DNA of 63,898 nt, filler included, from an uncultured bacterium (lineage in GTDB: Bacteria; Latescibacterota; UBA2968), in NCBI GenBank assembly GCA_964471275.1. It is 3 parts of 3 records of this genome, joined end to end, with 100 filler letters (N's around TTAATTAATTAA, not from the genome) between each part and the next. Parts side by side here need not be neighbours in the genome. Positions count along the whole stretch, not along the records: positions 1 to 21,903 come from CAYYGZ010000053.1; 2 more parts are not named here. One strand, written 5' to 3'. This document shows, in pieces, positions 1 through 9,579 of this stretch. The notes beneath the pieces are model-generated. The model was not told where the DNA came from. It ran no database searches and saw only the letters and a list, made by a program, of their open reading frames with translations. The translations under genes were made by a program, and so were the position numbers. How positions within the stretch are numbered: the first letter of the stretch is position 1; each line of letters opens with the position of its first letter.

Positions 1-469
1 GTGAAGCTTGGTGTCGGAGGAAGAATGTGGACTGAACATCCGGACGGCGCAGATCGAGATAGCGATAACGGAGCCGGATTTCTTCACTTAGCTCCTGGTC
101 TGTCTCGATCTGGAACGGCGGTGTTTCTGCCTCGTTCAGGACCTTGACCGAGTCGCATTCGATGTCGATGGCACCCGTATCGAGATTCGGATTGGCCATA
201 CCCGCCGGACGTGGCTCGACCTTGCCCTGTATCGCCAGAACGAACTCGTTCCGAATGCTCTCTGCCTTGGTGTGCATATCGGCTTCGATATCGGGACGGA
301 ATACCACCTGCGTCAGTCCCTCACGGTCCCTGAGATCGATGAAGATGACGCCCCCGTGATCCCTCCGTTTCGCCACCCACCCCATCAACACGACGTCCTT
401 GCCCACATCGTCAATCGTCAACTCGTTGCAGTGGTGGGTCCGCTTCCAGCCATCCAGTGATTCGGGCAT
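1..469 (-). CDS. aspS: Aspartate--tRNA ligase, 5' part (runs off window)
   Basis: Not in the ORF track. The minus strand from ATG 469 reads MPESLDGWKRTHHCNEL...LMGWVAKRRDHGGVIFIDLRDREGLTQVVF, the AspRS OB-fold start. It follows hisS as in the usual hisS-aspS pair. Confidence 0.95.
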   Translation of the reverse strand, partial: MPESLDGWKRTHHCNELTIDDVGKDVVLMGWVAKRRDHGGVIFIDLRDREGLTQVVFRPDIEADMHTKAESIRNEFVLAIQGKVEPRPAGMANPNLDTGAIDIECDSVKVLNEAETPPFQIETDQELSEEIRLRYRYLDLRRPDVQSTFFLRHQAS

Positions 470-487
470 CAATTCTTCCTGTCTGCT

Positions 488-1756
488 TTACGCACCAATA
501 CGGCTGGCGACTTCGCCAGCCCCGATTATAACCTGTTCACCCGTCTGAAGATCCTTCAGAGCGACGCTGCCTGTGGCCATCTCATCCGGGCCCAGAATCG
601 CCACGTAGCGAATCTTCTTGCGATCGGCGTGTCGGAACTGCTTGTCAAGCTTGTGCTTGGCATTCAAGTAAAGTTCTGTGCGGATTCCGCTCTCTCGAAG
701 TCGCCCGGCAAGTCTCACGGAGTCATTCATCGTGTCCTCAGAGAACACGGAAACCAACACCGTCGCCCCGGTGGCAGAGGGCGAGGGAGTCTTTTCGACT
801 TCTTTCAGCAGCTCGGTAATGGCCATGTCCCCGACGGCGAATCCGACCCCGGGGATCAGGCGCTTTCCCCCGACCTGAACGGTCAGGTTGTCATACCGTC
901 CGCCGCCAAAGAGAGCTCGGCGCAGGGATGTCTTGGCCCAGGCTTCGAACACAGTCCGCGTGTAGTAGTTGAATCCACGCACAATCTTGGGATCGAGCTC
1001 AATGTAGTTCTCCTCACCCCCCTGACTGAGGTGTGCCATGATCTCGTCGAGCCAGGGTGAGACGATCCGGGACTCCTGTGACAGGGCGTCGTGGAGCTCT
1101 GAGGCCTGGGTTTCACCCAGACCTGCCTCGCGCAGGGCGCCGAGGAACTTCTCTGCACTCATCTTATCGACGCGATCGATCAGGCCGAAGACTACCGGGA
1201 CTATTTCTGCAGGGATCTTCAGGGTTTTGCGAAGCAGGTCCTCGGCTGCCTGACGATCGTTGAGCCGAATGGTTACGTGCTCGGGTGTCAGATCGAGCGT
1301 CTTGAACATTCTGCACGCCAGAGCGATGATCTCTGCGTCGGCAACCGGGGTCTCAAGACCCAGGAGATCCACATTCCACTGGAAGAACGCCCTGCCTCGT
1401 CCCCTCTGGGGCTTCTCGTAGCGGAAGAACTGGCCATAGGACTGCCATCTGATTGGGAATGTGAGCTGTCCCTCCCGGGTGGCGACCATACGGGCGAGGG
1501 TAGGGGTCAGTTCTGGACGAAGAACAAGGTCCCGGTTGTCCCGGTCTTTTAGCGTAAATGTCTGTTGATTAACGATTTCTTCGCTGCTCTTGCCCAGATA
1601 CAGATCCTGATGCTCGAGCAGTGAGCCTTCATACTCCTCATATCCGAAAGCCCGACCAACAGATAGGAACCTATCGGACAACCACTTCTGGTAGGCCCAG
1701 TCATCAGGATAGAAGTCCCGTGTGCCTTTTACGTGCGGGGTGATTTTCTGGGCCAT
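488..1756 (-). CDS. hisS: Histidine--tRNA ligase
   Basis: KGTRDF, LRPELT, FRYEKPQRGR, RGFNYYT and GGGRYD motifs, plus a C-terminal anticodon-binding domain. Confidence 0.97.
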   Translation of the reverse strand: MAQKITPHVKGTRDFYPDDWAYQKWLSDRFLSVGRAFGYEEYEGSLLEHQDLYLGKSSEEIVNQQTFTLKDRDNRDLVLRPELTPTLARMVATREGQLTFPIRWQSYGQFFRYEKPQRGRGRAFFQWNVDLLGLETPVADAEIIALACRMFKTLDLTPEHVTIRLNDRQAAEDLLRKTLKIPAEIVPVVFGLIDRVDKMSAEKFLGALREAGLGETQASELHDALSQESRIVSPWLDEIMAHLSQGGEENYIELDPKIVRGFNYYTRTVFEAWAKTSLRRALFGGGRYDNLTVQVGGKRLIPGVGFAVGDMAITELLKEVEKTPSPSATGATVLVSVFSEDTMNDSVRLAGRLRESGIRTELYLNAKHKLDKQFRHADRKKIRYVAILGPDEMATGSVALKDLQTGEQVIIGAGEVASRIGA

Positions 1757-1801
1757 TTGGGTGCGGAACCGAGTCGGGTGTGTAGGGTCAGGGAAGCCGT
1801 C

Positions 1802-1830
1802 AAGCTACAAAGAAGGTGTTGTCCTGTCAA
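1802..1830 (-). promoter_or_regulatory. Putative sigma70 promoter of hisS-aspS
   Basis: Minus strand TTGACA-17 nt-TAGCTT about 45 nt upstream of the hisS ATG. Confidence 0.6.
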
Positions 1831-1849
1831 GACTTAGACGCAATCGGGC

Positions 1850-2176
1850 CTACCCGGAATTGTCAAGATCGAAAGCCGTTGGAAAGTGCTCGATCGAAGA
1901 CGAATTTCCATTGAGTCGCACGGTGATCACGTCGAAGCGAGGTGAAAGAGAGATCGGGTTCTTGGCCAGATATCGGGATGTCGCGCTGCTGAGCTGTTTC
2001 TGTCTCGTTACACGCTCCTCTACAGCGATTTCCACGTTGGCAGCCGTCTTTACCTCGATGAATGCCAGCGTATCGCCTCGTTGCGCGATCAGATCGATTT
2101 CACCGCGTCCAGCCCTGAGGTTTCTATCCAGAATCAGGTATCCGGACTGTACAAGCCAGGCTTCGGCCGCTTCCTC
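1850..2176 (-). pseudogene. yraN: YraN (UPF0102) nuclease-like domain, in frame with rnhB behind one TGA and without its own 5' start
   Basis: Reads EEAAEAWLVQSGYLILDRNLRAGRGEIDLIAQRGDTLAFIEVKT...PRFDVITV, the YraN motifs. It begins at the codon right after the rnhB stop. Confidence 0.8.
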
Positions 2177-3154
2177 TCACACGATATCTGGACTCTGTAA
2201 CTGATTGGAACGGCGTGATATGCGGCGATTGATTTCACTCAACTCTTCGACAGAAAGCTTCTCAAGACTCCGATGCACCCGGGTGTGATAGGCGGCCAGC
2301 TCGCTCGATTTCTTTATGCTGTCGACAGTTGCACAGACGTCTCTAAAAGCGGTGGACCAGGTTGAGAGGGCTTCTTCGACTGTGCAGAAGGATCGCCGGT
2401 GTATTGGACACGGTCCGTGTGCCATGAGTGCTTTTGTGTGTGCCTCGCTAGCGTAGCCCTTGTGACGTGCAAAGCCATAGACCGGGTATTCTGCATCGTG
2501 TTCGCACATTTGACGGTCGCGTGTCACTTTTGCGATCACCGAAGCAGCTGCAATGCTCTGGGAAGCTGCATCGCCACCGATAATCGCCAACTCACTGAAC
2601 CCGCTCTCCGGGAGGACATTCCCGTCCACAAGGATGCGGTCGGGCGGGACCGGCAGCCCACGGATGGCTTGCCGCATCGTCTCCAGAGTCGCCTGGTAGA
2701 TGTTGATTCGGTCAACTTCCTCGGGGGAGACGGAGCCAAGCGACACGGCCACGGCCAGCGCACGGATCTCATCGAACAGTTCTTCACGATCGGCGGGCTT
2801 GAGGGCTTTTGAGTCATCGAGTCTCGGTATCCTGGCGTCCTGCGGCAGGATCACTGCGGCGGCGACGACCGGGCCCGCCAAGGGACCCCGACCCACCTCG
2901 TCGACCCCGGCCACGTGGCAAATCCCCTTGCCCCACAGCCTTCGTTCATGCTTGAGCATCCGGGTTATACGGGATCTCTCGGCACGCTCCGATCTTCTCT
3001 GGACTCGGGCCCTCCGGGCAAGGTTCTGCATACCGATGCGATGATCGGCTTCGAGCGAATCCAGAAATTGCTCCAGCTTTCGAGGACGTCTGGCCAGATA
3101 CTCGGCGGCCTGCGAAACAGAAAGCTCCGTAACTGAAGGGTGTTTGGTCGGCAT
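2177..3154 (-). CDS. rnhB: Ribonuclease HII with C-terminal extension
   Basis: AGVDEVGRGPLAGPV, DSK, SIAAASVIAKVTRD, HKGY and GPCPIHRRSF motifs. Confidence 0.95.
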   Translation of the reverse strand: MPTKHPSVTELSVSQAAEYLARRPRKLEQFLDSLEADHRIGMQNLARRARVQRRSERAERSRITRMLKHERRLWGKGICHVAGVDEVGRGPLAGPVVAAAVILPQDARIPRLDDSKALKPADREELFDEIRALAVAVSLGSVSPEEVDRINIYQATLETMRQAIRGLPVPPDRILVDGNVLPESGFSELAIIGGDAASQSIAAASVIAKVTRDRQMCEHDAEYPVYGFARHKGYASEAHTKALMAHGPCPIHRRSFCTVEEALSTWSTAFRDVCATVDSIKKSSELAAYHTRVHRSLEKLSVEELSEINRRISRRSNQLQSPDIV

Positions 3155-3202
3155 GATCAGGCAGTCGATAGTGGGTGTTCTGGAGGGGGGGCAAACCGTT
3201 CG

Positions 3203-3231
3203 AATGTAATCGTGGTCCTACGTGCGGTCAA
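3203..3231 (-). promoter_or_regulatory. Putative sigma70 promoter of rnhB
   Basis: Minus strand TTGACC-17 nt-TACATT. Confidence 0.45.
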
Positions 3232-3373
3232 GAACGGGCTTCTCTCGTGCGATTAGGCAGTCTAAACAATAGAGGCAGGACTCTCAAACCGGCCTAAGTT
3301 TGATCGGTTGGTTTATAGCTCTTATATTAGAGCTTTATGTGTCATTTCGCAGAATGATTCCGCAGGACGGCTA

Positions 3374-5149
3374 ATGGAAGAGCAGTCGGACAAGATCACG
3401 AATCTGAAGAAGCTTCTCGCGTTCGTGAAGCCCTATCGCAGACGCCTGTTTGGTGCGCTGTCTCTGACGGTGATGCTGACGAGCGTTTCGATGACACCAC
3501 CACTTATTATGAAGTTTATCGTTGACGAAATCGTGGTCGGCGGACGGTGGGAATGGCTCGAGCTCGTGCTTCTCATTATGGTTCTGATCCCGGTAATGGC
3601 CGCCGGTCTTCGTGTCCTCACGACCTACGCGATATCCGTGATTTCCCACCGTCTGATCATGGACATCCGAGAGGCAATGTTCAGCCATCTCCTGAAGCTC
3701 TCTCTCCAGTTCTACGATCGCATGGGAACAGGCAAGATTATGTCTCGCATCATGGGGGACGTGGCCACGGTGAGAAGTATGGTCACCATGCGGATGCTGA
3801 GTGTCGTGACTGATTTTGTCTCCTTCTGGTTCGCGATCGTTATGTGTGTCAGTCTCAATTGGAAGCTCGGCGTGCTTCTGATCCTTCTGCTTCCCCTGTA
3901 TCTCTTCAACTACTTCGGATGGCGGGGCGGGATCCGGACCTCTGTGCGGGCCTGGCGGGCCAAGATGGATCGCGTCTCCGTCGGGCTGCAGGAACGTCTC
4001 AGCGGCGTGCAGATTGTGAAGGCATACGGGAAGGAGCGCCGTGAAAATCGAGCGTTTGCGACCGAAACACGCGACACGCTGGACCAGGCCATGCAAACCG
4101 CCACCTACCGTGCTGGCTATGCTTCGGGTGTGTGGGCAGTCTCCGGGCTCCGAAACACGGTCGTTTTCTGTCTCGGCTGCTATTTCGTGATTGAGGGCGA
4201 GATGACCTACGGCGCCGTGATGGCATTCCTGTCCTACGCGATGCGGGTCTTCCAGCCCGTCCTGAACCTGACGCAAGAAGCGCTCCGGTTTGAGCAGATG
4301 ATGATTTCGGTAGACCGGATATTCGAGGTGCTGGACCACGAAATCGAGGTCAAGGACAAAACGGACGCGGTAGATCTGGTGGATATCGAGGGACGCGTCG
4401 TCTTCAAGGATGTGTGGTTCGAGTATGAGGAGGGGGAGCCCGTTATCCGTGGTGTCAACCTGGAGGTGGAACCGGGCGAGATGGTCGCCCTTGTTGGGCA
4501 CACCGGTTGTGGGAAGACGACCTTGACGAGCTTGTTGATGCGGTTCTTTGACGTGTCCAAGGGGCGGATCACGATTGACGGTCACGATCTGCGGGACACC
4601 AAGGTCGGGGCAATGCGGAAGCAGATCGGGCAGGTACTTCAGGATTCGGTGATGTTCAACAGCAGCATCCGCGATAACCTGACGTATGGGAACGGAGATG
4701 CCACGCAGAAAGAGATCATTGCTGCAGCCCGTGTGGGCGAGATCCACGAATTCATCGTTCGAACCGCGGACGGCTATGACACGCTGCTTGGTGATGAAGG
4801 GATCAAGCTTTCCGTGGGTGAGAAGCAAAGGCTGTCGATCGCCCGAGCTGTTTTGACGAATCCCAGCGTCCTGATCCTGGACGAGGCGACCTCTTCGCTC
4901 GATTCGCTGTCGGAGGCGCTGATTCAGAAGGCGATGGCGAATGTTCTGGAAGGACGGACGTCTTTTGTGATCGCACACCGTCTGTCGACCATCGTGAACG
5001 CAGACAAGATAGTGGTCATGGATCAGGGCGAGATCGTCGAGTTCGGGCGCCACGAGGAGCTACTCGAGAACCCCGACGGCCGCTACCGCGAGCTTTACCA
5101 GCAGCAGTTTGCTGGCGCAGGTGAAACCGAAGAACTGGCGGCAGACTGA
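3374..5149 (+). CDS. ABC exporter, TMD-NBD half transporter (subunit 1)
   Basis: N-terminal TM domain, Walker A GHTGCGKT, signature LSVGEKQR, Walker B ILDEATS. Start taken at ATG 3374 after AGGA. Confidence 0.93.
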   Translation: MEEQSDKITNLKKLLAFVKPYRRRLFGALSLTVMLTSVSMTPPLIMKFIVDEIVVGGRWEWLELVLLIMVLIPVMAAGLRVLTTYAISVISHRLIMDIREAMFSHLLKLSLQFYDRMGTGKIMSRIMGDVATVRSMVTMRMLSVVTDFVSFWFAIVMCVSLNWKLGVLLILLLPLYLFNYFGWRGGIRTSVRAWRAKMDRVSVGLQERLSGVQIVKAYGKERRENRAFATETRDTLDQAMQTATYRAGYASGVWAVSGLRNTVVFCLGCYFVIEGEMTYGAVMAFLSYAMRVFQPVLNLTQEALRFEQMMISVDRIFEVLDHEIEVKDKTDAVDLVDIEGRVVFKDVWFEYEEGEPVIRGVNLEVEPGEMVALVGHTGCGKTTLTSLLMRFFDVSKGRITIDGHDLRDTKVGAMRKQIGQVLQDSVMFNSSIRDNLTYGNGDATQKEIIAAARVGEIHEFIVRTADGYDTLLGDEGIKLSVGEKQRLSIARAVLTNPSVLILDEATSSLDSLSEALIQKAMANVLEGRTSFVIAHRLSTIVNADKIVVMDQGEIVEFGRHEELLENPDGRYRELYQQQFAGAGETEELAAD

Positions 5150-7068
5150 TGGATCAGATCAAGCGCTTCATCCGCACCTACATCAGGCCGTTCTGGGTCA
5201 GGATGCTCGCGGTCATGCTTATGGCCGGGGTGACATCATCCTACTCGTTCATCCTCGGCTACATCACCAAGGTCACTGTAGACGACGTCCTCCAACTCAA
5301 GCCCGAAGTGACCGTGACCCAGAGTAGCGATGGTGGGTATGGGGACGGAGGCCTGCTGCCCCGCCAGACGAGCGGGCCCCGCAGGGATCCTCAGCTGACC
5401 ATGCCTTGGAAGGATCCTCTGCCCGAGCAGGCCGAAACGAAGACACGAACCGAAAAGCTCCAATTCCTCTGGTTCATCTTCTTTACCTATCTGATCGTGC
5501 GATCGGTTTTTGCCGCCATCAACTGGTTCTACACCTACCACATCGCCTACGTCGGGCAGCGTATCGTCTACCGGATTCGGCTCGATCTGCACCAGAAGAT
5601 CCAGAGGCTGCAGATGACCTTTTTTGATCGTCAGCAAACGGGCAAGATCATGTCTCGGCTGCTGGATGACGTGCAGCTGCTGCAGAACGAAGTTGCGACG
5701 ACCTTTGTCCAGACGACCCGGCACGTGGCCCGTATTCTGATCGGCGTAGTCGTCCTAATGACGATCAACATTGAGCTGGCCCTGATGGCCTTTGCGGCAC
5801 TCCCGATCTATCTGGTCGCCTACAAGGCGTTCCAAAAGGCGATTTCGGTAGCGTTCACACGGATGCGTGAAACCTATGCCGATACGTATGGGATGCTTGA
5901 GGAGCGTGTCCGAGGCGTTCGCGTGGTCCTGTCGTTCGCCAAAGAACGGGGTGAGTATCGCGCCTTCTACCGGAGACTCGTCCAGATCTTCCGCCTCGCC
6001 TTGAGAAGCTCGATGCTCTCTACCGGGCTGGGTGCGACCTGCAGTGCGATCAGTGCGGTTGCTACCGCCTTCATCCTCTATCAGGGGGCTTTGAAAATCC
6101 GGTCGGGTGACATATCTGTCGGTGATCTGATCTATTTCCACATGTCTGTAGGGAACCTGTTCATGCCGCTTGTGGCCTTGGCGAATGTGAACGCGACCAT
6201 TCAACAGATGGTGGTAATCGTCTCACGGGTGTTCGAGGTCCTCGACGAGGAAGTCGTGATCCAGGATCGCGAGAGCTCGGCCAGGCTCGAGAAGGTCAGG
6301 GGGCGTATCGTCTTCCGCAACGTAAGCTTCCATTACTCCGAGGCCGGCGATCATGTTCTCAAAGACATCGATTTCAGTGTCAAGCCAGGCATGTCGCTTG
6401 CCGTTGTGGGGCCGTCGGGGGCCGGGAAGAGCACCCTGGTGAATCTGCTGCTTCGACTCTACGAACCGAGCGAAGGACGCATCTTTCTGGATGACTACGA
6501 CCTCCGTGATATCCGACTGTCTTCACTGCGGTATCACATCAGCGTCGTCCCCCAGGAGCCCGTCCTGTTTTCAGGGACGATCGCTGAGAATATCGTCTAT
6601 GGCCGAGAGGGGGCAACGCCTGCGCAGGTGATGACTGCCGCAAAGGCGGCGGAGCTACACGACTACGTGATGACGCTGCCCGAAAAGTATGAGTCACGGG
6701 TCGGGGAGCGGGGATCCAACCTGTCCGGGGGGCAGAAACAGCGACTCTCTTTTGCCATGGCTATGCTCACCAACCCCAGCATCCTTGTGCTTGATGACAC
6801 CACATCAGCGCTGGATGCCAAGACGGAAGCAAAGATTCAAGAAACGTTGAGCAGGATCATGAAGGGCCGAACGACTCTTGTGATCACGCACCGGATCTCT
6901 ACAGCCATGCGGGCAGATCAGATCCTGGTGCTCGACAACGGCAGAGCTGTCGGGTGGGGCAATCACAATGAGCTCGTTTCGCAGGACGGCGTCTACAAGG
7001 ACCTGCACGATCAACAGACGAGCCAGCCAGAACCTGTCTACGACGACGAACCGCAACCTGTCGAGTAA
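5149..7068 (+). CDS. ABC exporter, TMD-NBD half transporter (subunit 2)
   Basis: GPSGAGKS, LSGGQKQR, Walker B VLDDTTS. Overlaps subunit 1 through TGATG. Confidence 0.93.
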   Translation: MDQIKRFIRTYIRPFWVRMLAVMLMAGVTSSYSFILGYITKVTVDDVLQLKPEVTVTQSSDGGYGDGGLLPRQTSGPRRDPQLTMPWKDPLPEQAETKTRTEKLQFLWFIFFTYLIVRSVFAAINWFYTYHIAYVGQRIVYRIRLDLHQKIQRLQMTFFDRQQTGKIMSRLLDDVQLLQNEVATTFVQTTRHVARILIGVVVLMTINIELALMAFAALPIYLVAYKAFQKAISVAFTRMRETYADTYGMLEERVRGVRVVLSFAKERGEYRAFYRRLVQIFRLALRSSMLSTGLGATCSAISAVATAFILYQGALKIRSGDISVGDLIYFHMSVGNLFMPLVALANVNATIQQMVVIVSRVFEVLDEEVVIQDRESSARLEKVRGRIVFRNVSFHYSEAGDHVLKDIDFSVKPGMSLAVVGPSGAGKSTLVNLLLRLYEPSEGRIFLDDYDLRDIRLSSLRYHISVVPQEPVLFSGTIAENIVYGREGATPAQVMTAAKAAELHDYVMTLPEKYESRVGERGSNLSGGQKQRLSFAMAMLTNPSILVLDDTTSALDAKTEAKIQETLSRIMKGRTTLVITHRISTAMRADQILVLDNGRAVGWGNHNELVSQDGVYKDLHDQQTSQPEPVYDDEPQPVE

Positions 7069-7102
7069 AGAAAACGGGAGTGCCCTTCCGGACACTCCCG
7101 TT
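7066..7102. terminator. Intrinsic terminator between convergent genes
   Basis: Stem AACGGGAGTG / CACTCCCGTT, with a U-tract when read on the minus strand. Confidence 0.7.
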
Positions 7103-7127
7103 CACCAGATACCCTTACAGTGCTTGT

Positions 7128-7901
7128 CTACACCGGTTCGATCTCGAGTTCCTTGTAGATCGTTTCATCGTCGCCGGTATATTTCTTGATGCAGAGATCG
7201 CAGTCTACGCAGGGCCTTTCGTAGCAGTTCTTGTGGACACGGACCGGATACTGCTTCTTGAATGCCTCGGCGCTCTCCTCGGTGCCGAAGACGTATCGTT
7301 CTTGCAGACTGCCGAATGCCGCATAGATCAGGATGGGCCCGCCCTCGTGTTCATCTAGCGGTTTTTCGGTCCACGAATCGATGCCTGCCTGCGCCGATAT
7401 TCGGGCTTTCCGCTTCTTCACGACCTCATCATCCGTCCATTTGAACTCGATGTATTCGACGTTGTCTTTCGACACCTTGGCTCGAACGACGCCATCGGTT
7501 ATTCCGAGGATGTAGTAGTCCTTTGTGTCGAAGGTCGTGCCGCATTCGATCGTGCCGCCGCTCTTCAGGTGGATGATCGACTGCCCTTCTTCGGGCGAGA
7601 TATGCGAGAACCACCCACAATTCGCACAAACTGTGGTGAAGAGGAACTGGTTTGTCTTGTGTCCGCACGACGGACAACGTCCTTCTTCCATCAAGCGAAT
7701 GTCTCGGAGGGACGTTTTGGCGGCTTCCTTCACCGCCTCGTTGATCTCCTCCATCGTTTTATCGAGATGGCCCTTCCCGTCCTCGGACAGAAGGGACATT
7801 GCCTCTTCTACTTCCTGATCCTGTCCTTCCAGCACATACTGTTTCTCCCGCTGGAGGTCGGACCCGTTGTCTTCTTCTTTCTTGAAGAAGCTCTTCAGCA
7901 T
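7128..7901 (-). CDS. Hypothetical Cys-rich (zinc-ribbon) protein
   Basis: Start at ATG 7901 after GGGGAA. Contains CPSC-x13-CANC and a C-terminal HKNCYERPCVDCDLC. Confidence 0.8.
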   Translation of the reverse strand: MLKSFFKKEEDNGSDLQREKQYVLEGQDQEVEEAMSLLSEDGKGHLDKTMEEINEAVKEAAKTSLRDIRLMEEGRCPSCGHKTNQFLFTTVCANCGWFSHISPEEGQSIIHLKSGGTIECGTTFDTKDYYILGITDGVVRAKVSKDNVEYIEFKWTDDEVVKKRKARISAQAGIDSWTEKPLDEHEGGPILIYAAFGSLQERYVFGTEESAEAFKKQYPVRVHKNCYERPCVDCDLCIKKYTGDDETIYKELEIEPV

Positions 7902-8028
7902 AAGTTCCCCCGATTGTCTTTCTCTATCCAACAACTGTAATCCACTACGCAGCACAAATTTACGCCAATTCGTATTTAGGGTCAAATCAGGGCAATTCGG
8001 CGCAAATCAGAAGCTGTGCTAATGGTGT

Positions 8029-8796
8029 CTATAGGCGCCGGATATGGAACCCGCCGTCTACGGGGATTGCTGTTCCGGTCGTAAAGTCCAGGTAGCCCTT
8101 CGCGATCGCCACTACGGCTTTCCCGATATCTTCCGGCTGGCCCCAACGTCGGATGGGGGTCAAACCGTCGCCGATCAGCTTGTCGTACTTCTCCTTTACA
8201 GGCCCTGTCATGTCTGTTTGTATGATTCCAGGCTGGATCTCATTGACCGTGATGTCGTGTTCGGCCAGGCGATCCGCGAACAGCTGGGTCATCATCGTCA
8301 GACCGGCCTTGGACAGACAGTATTCGCCACGGTTTACCGAGGCCGTGAACGCGGAAATCGAGGAAATCACCACGATGCGTCCCGGCCCCATTTTCCTGTC
8401 ATTCTTGAGCTGGATCATGTGGTTTGCGGCATATTGCGTGAGGAAGTAGGGCCCGCGCAGGTTCGTCGACATCACCTCGTCGTAGCTCTCGGTTCCCGCA
8501 TCCAGCAAATCGGCTCTTACGCGCGGTGCAATCCCTGCATTGTTCACGAGGAGATCGAGGCGTCCGAAGGCCTCGAGCGTCCTGTCCACAAGCGCTCTGC
8601 CGTCGTCAATTTCTGTCACGCTAGCCTGGCAGATCTCTGCCTTTACCCCTTTCAATGCGACTGCTTTCGCCGCCTCTTGCGCGGCTTCCTCGTTGCGTGT
8701 GTAGTTGATCATGATGTCGTGGCCGGCTTCTGCCAGAGAGATGGCGATTCCTCTCCCGATGCCTCGACTCGACCCGGTTACGATTGCTGTCGGCAT
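8029..8796 (-). CDS. Short-chain dehydrogenase/reductase (3-ketoacyl-ACP reductase-like)
   Basis: TGSSRGIG, NNAG, YCLSK and VDGG motifs. Confidence 0.93.
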   Translation of the reverse strand: MPTAIVTGSSRGIGRGIAISLAEAGHDIMINYTRNEEAAQEAAKAVALKGVKAEICQASVTEIDDGRALVDRTLEAFGRLDLLVNNAGIAPRVRADLLDAGTESYDEVMSTNLRGPYFLTQYAANHMIQLKNDRKMGPGRIVVISSISAFTASVNRGEYCLSKAGLTMMTQLFADRLAEHDITVNEIQPGIIQTDMTGPVKEKYDKLIGDGLTPIRRWGQPEDIGKAVVAIAKGYLDFTTGTAIPVDGGFHIRRL

Positions 8797-8989
8797 AGTC
8801 AAGCTCCTGTGGCGTTTCGGTTAGACTCTGTTGTGTTGGCTGATCCGGATTCGTGACCAGGGACGAGCCAGTTCACAGATTTTCTCGTTCTGGATGGGCT
8901 TTCAGGTTATGATATCGGTTGGCGGCGTCGCTACAACGCCTAAGATAAGCAAAACACCAAGTCGATAAGATTGATTACACGGAGACCCT

Positions 8990-9532
8990 ATGTCGATTCT
9001 GAAAGTCACACAGATGGGCCACCCGGTTCTGCGGCGTGTCGCCGACTCGGTCCTTCCTGGTATCATCCGGTCGGAGGATTTCCAGCGACAGGTAAGGGAT
9101 ATGCAGGAAACAATGGTCGAGTATCAGGGCATTGGACTGGCGGCACCCCAGGTTCACGTCTCTGCCCGGCTTCTGGTCTACCGTGCCGACAGCGACGATG
9201 GGGCCGAGTCGGAGATCCTCACACTCGTAAATCCCGTGATCGAACCGTTGGGTGATGAAACGGAGCCCGGGTGGGAGGGGTGCCTGAGCATCCCGGATAT
9301 ACGGGGCATCGTGCCGAGGCACAGGCGTATACGGGTCACGTCATTGGATGAGGAGGGTGAGGCGCTCGAATACACGGCGGAAGACTTCGAGGCGCGTGTC
9401 ATTCAGCACGAGGTAGATCACCTGGACGGAATTCTGTATTTTGACCGTATGGATGATCTGCGGACACTGACCTACCAGACTGAGCAAGAAATGTACTGGA
9501 TTCAGCCCGAGGTCGAGGACGAGGACGCGTGA
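8990..9532 (+). CDS. def: Peptide deformylase
   Basis: GIGLAAPQV, EGCLS and QHEVDHLDG motifs. Confidence 0.96.
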   Translation: MSILKVTQMGHPVLRRVADSVLPGIIRSEDFQRQVRDMQETMVEYQGIGLAAPQVHVSARLLVYRADSDDGAESEILTLVNPVIEPLGDETEPGWEGCLSIPDIRGIVPRHRRIRVTSLDEEGEALEYTAEDFEARVIQHEVDHLDGILYFDRMDDLRTLTYQTEQEMYWIQPEVEDEDA

Positions 9533-9579
9533 TTCGCATAACCGCTTCAGAAATCGACCAATCTGCCGAAAATAAGAGT

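Noticed and set aside
3371..5053. Long antisense ORFs (also 38326-39555, 54321-55655, 62252-63592 and others)
   Set aside because: These are shadow frames of well-supported genes, expected with high GC at third codon positions, and have no motifs of their own.
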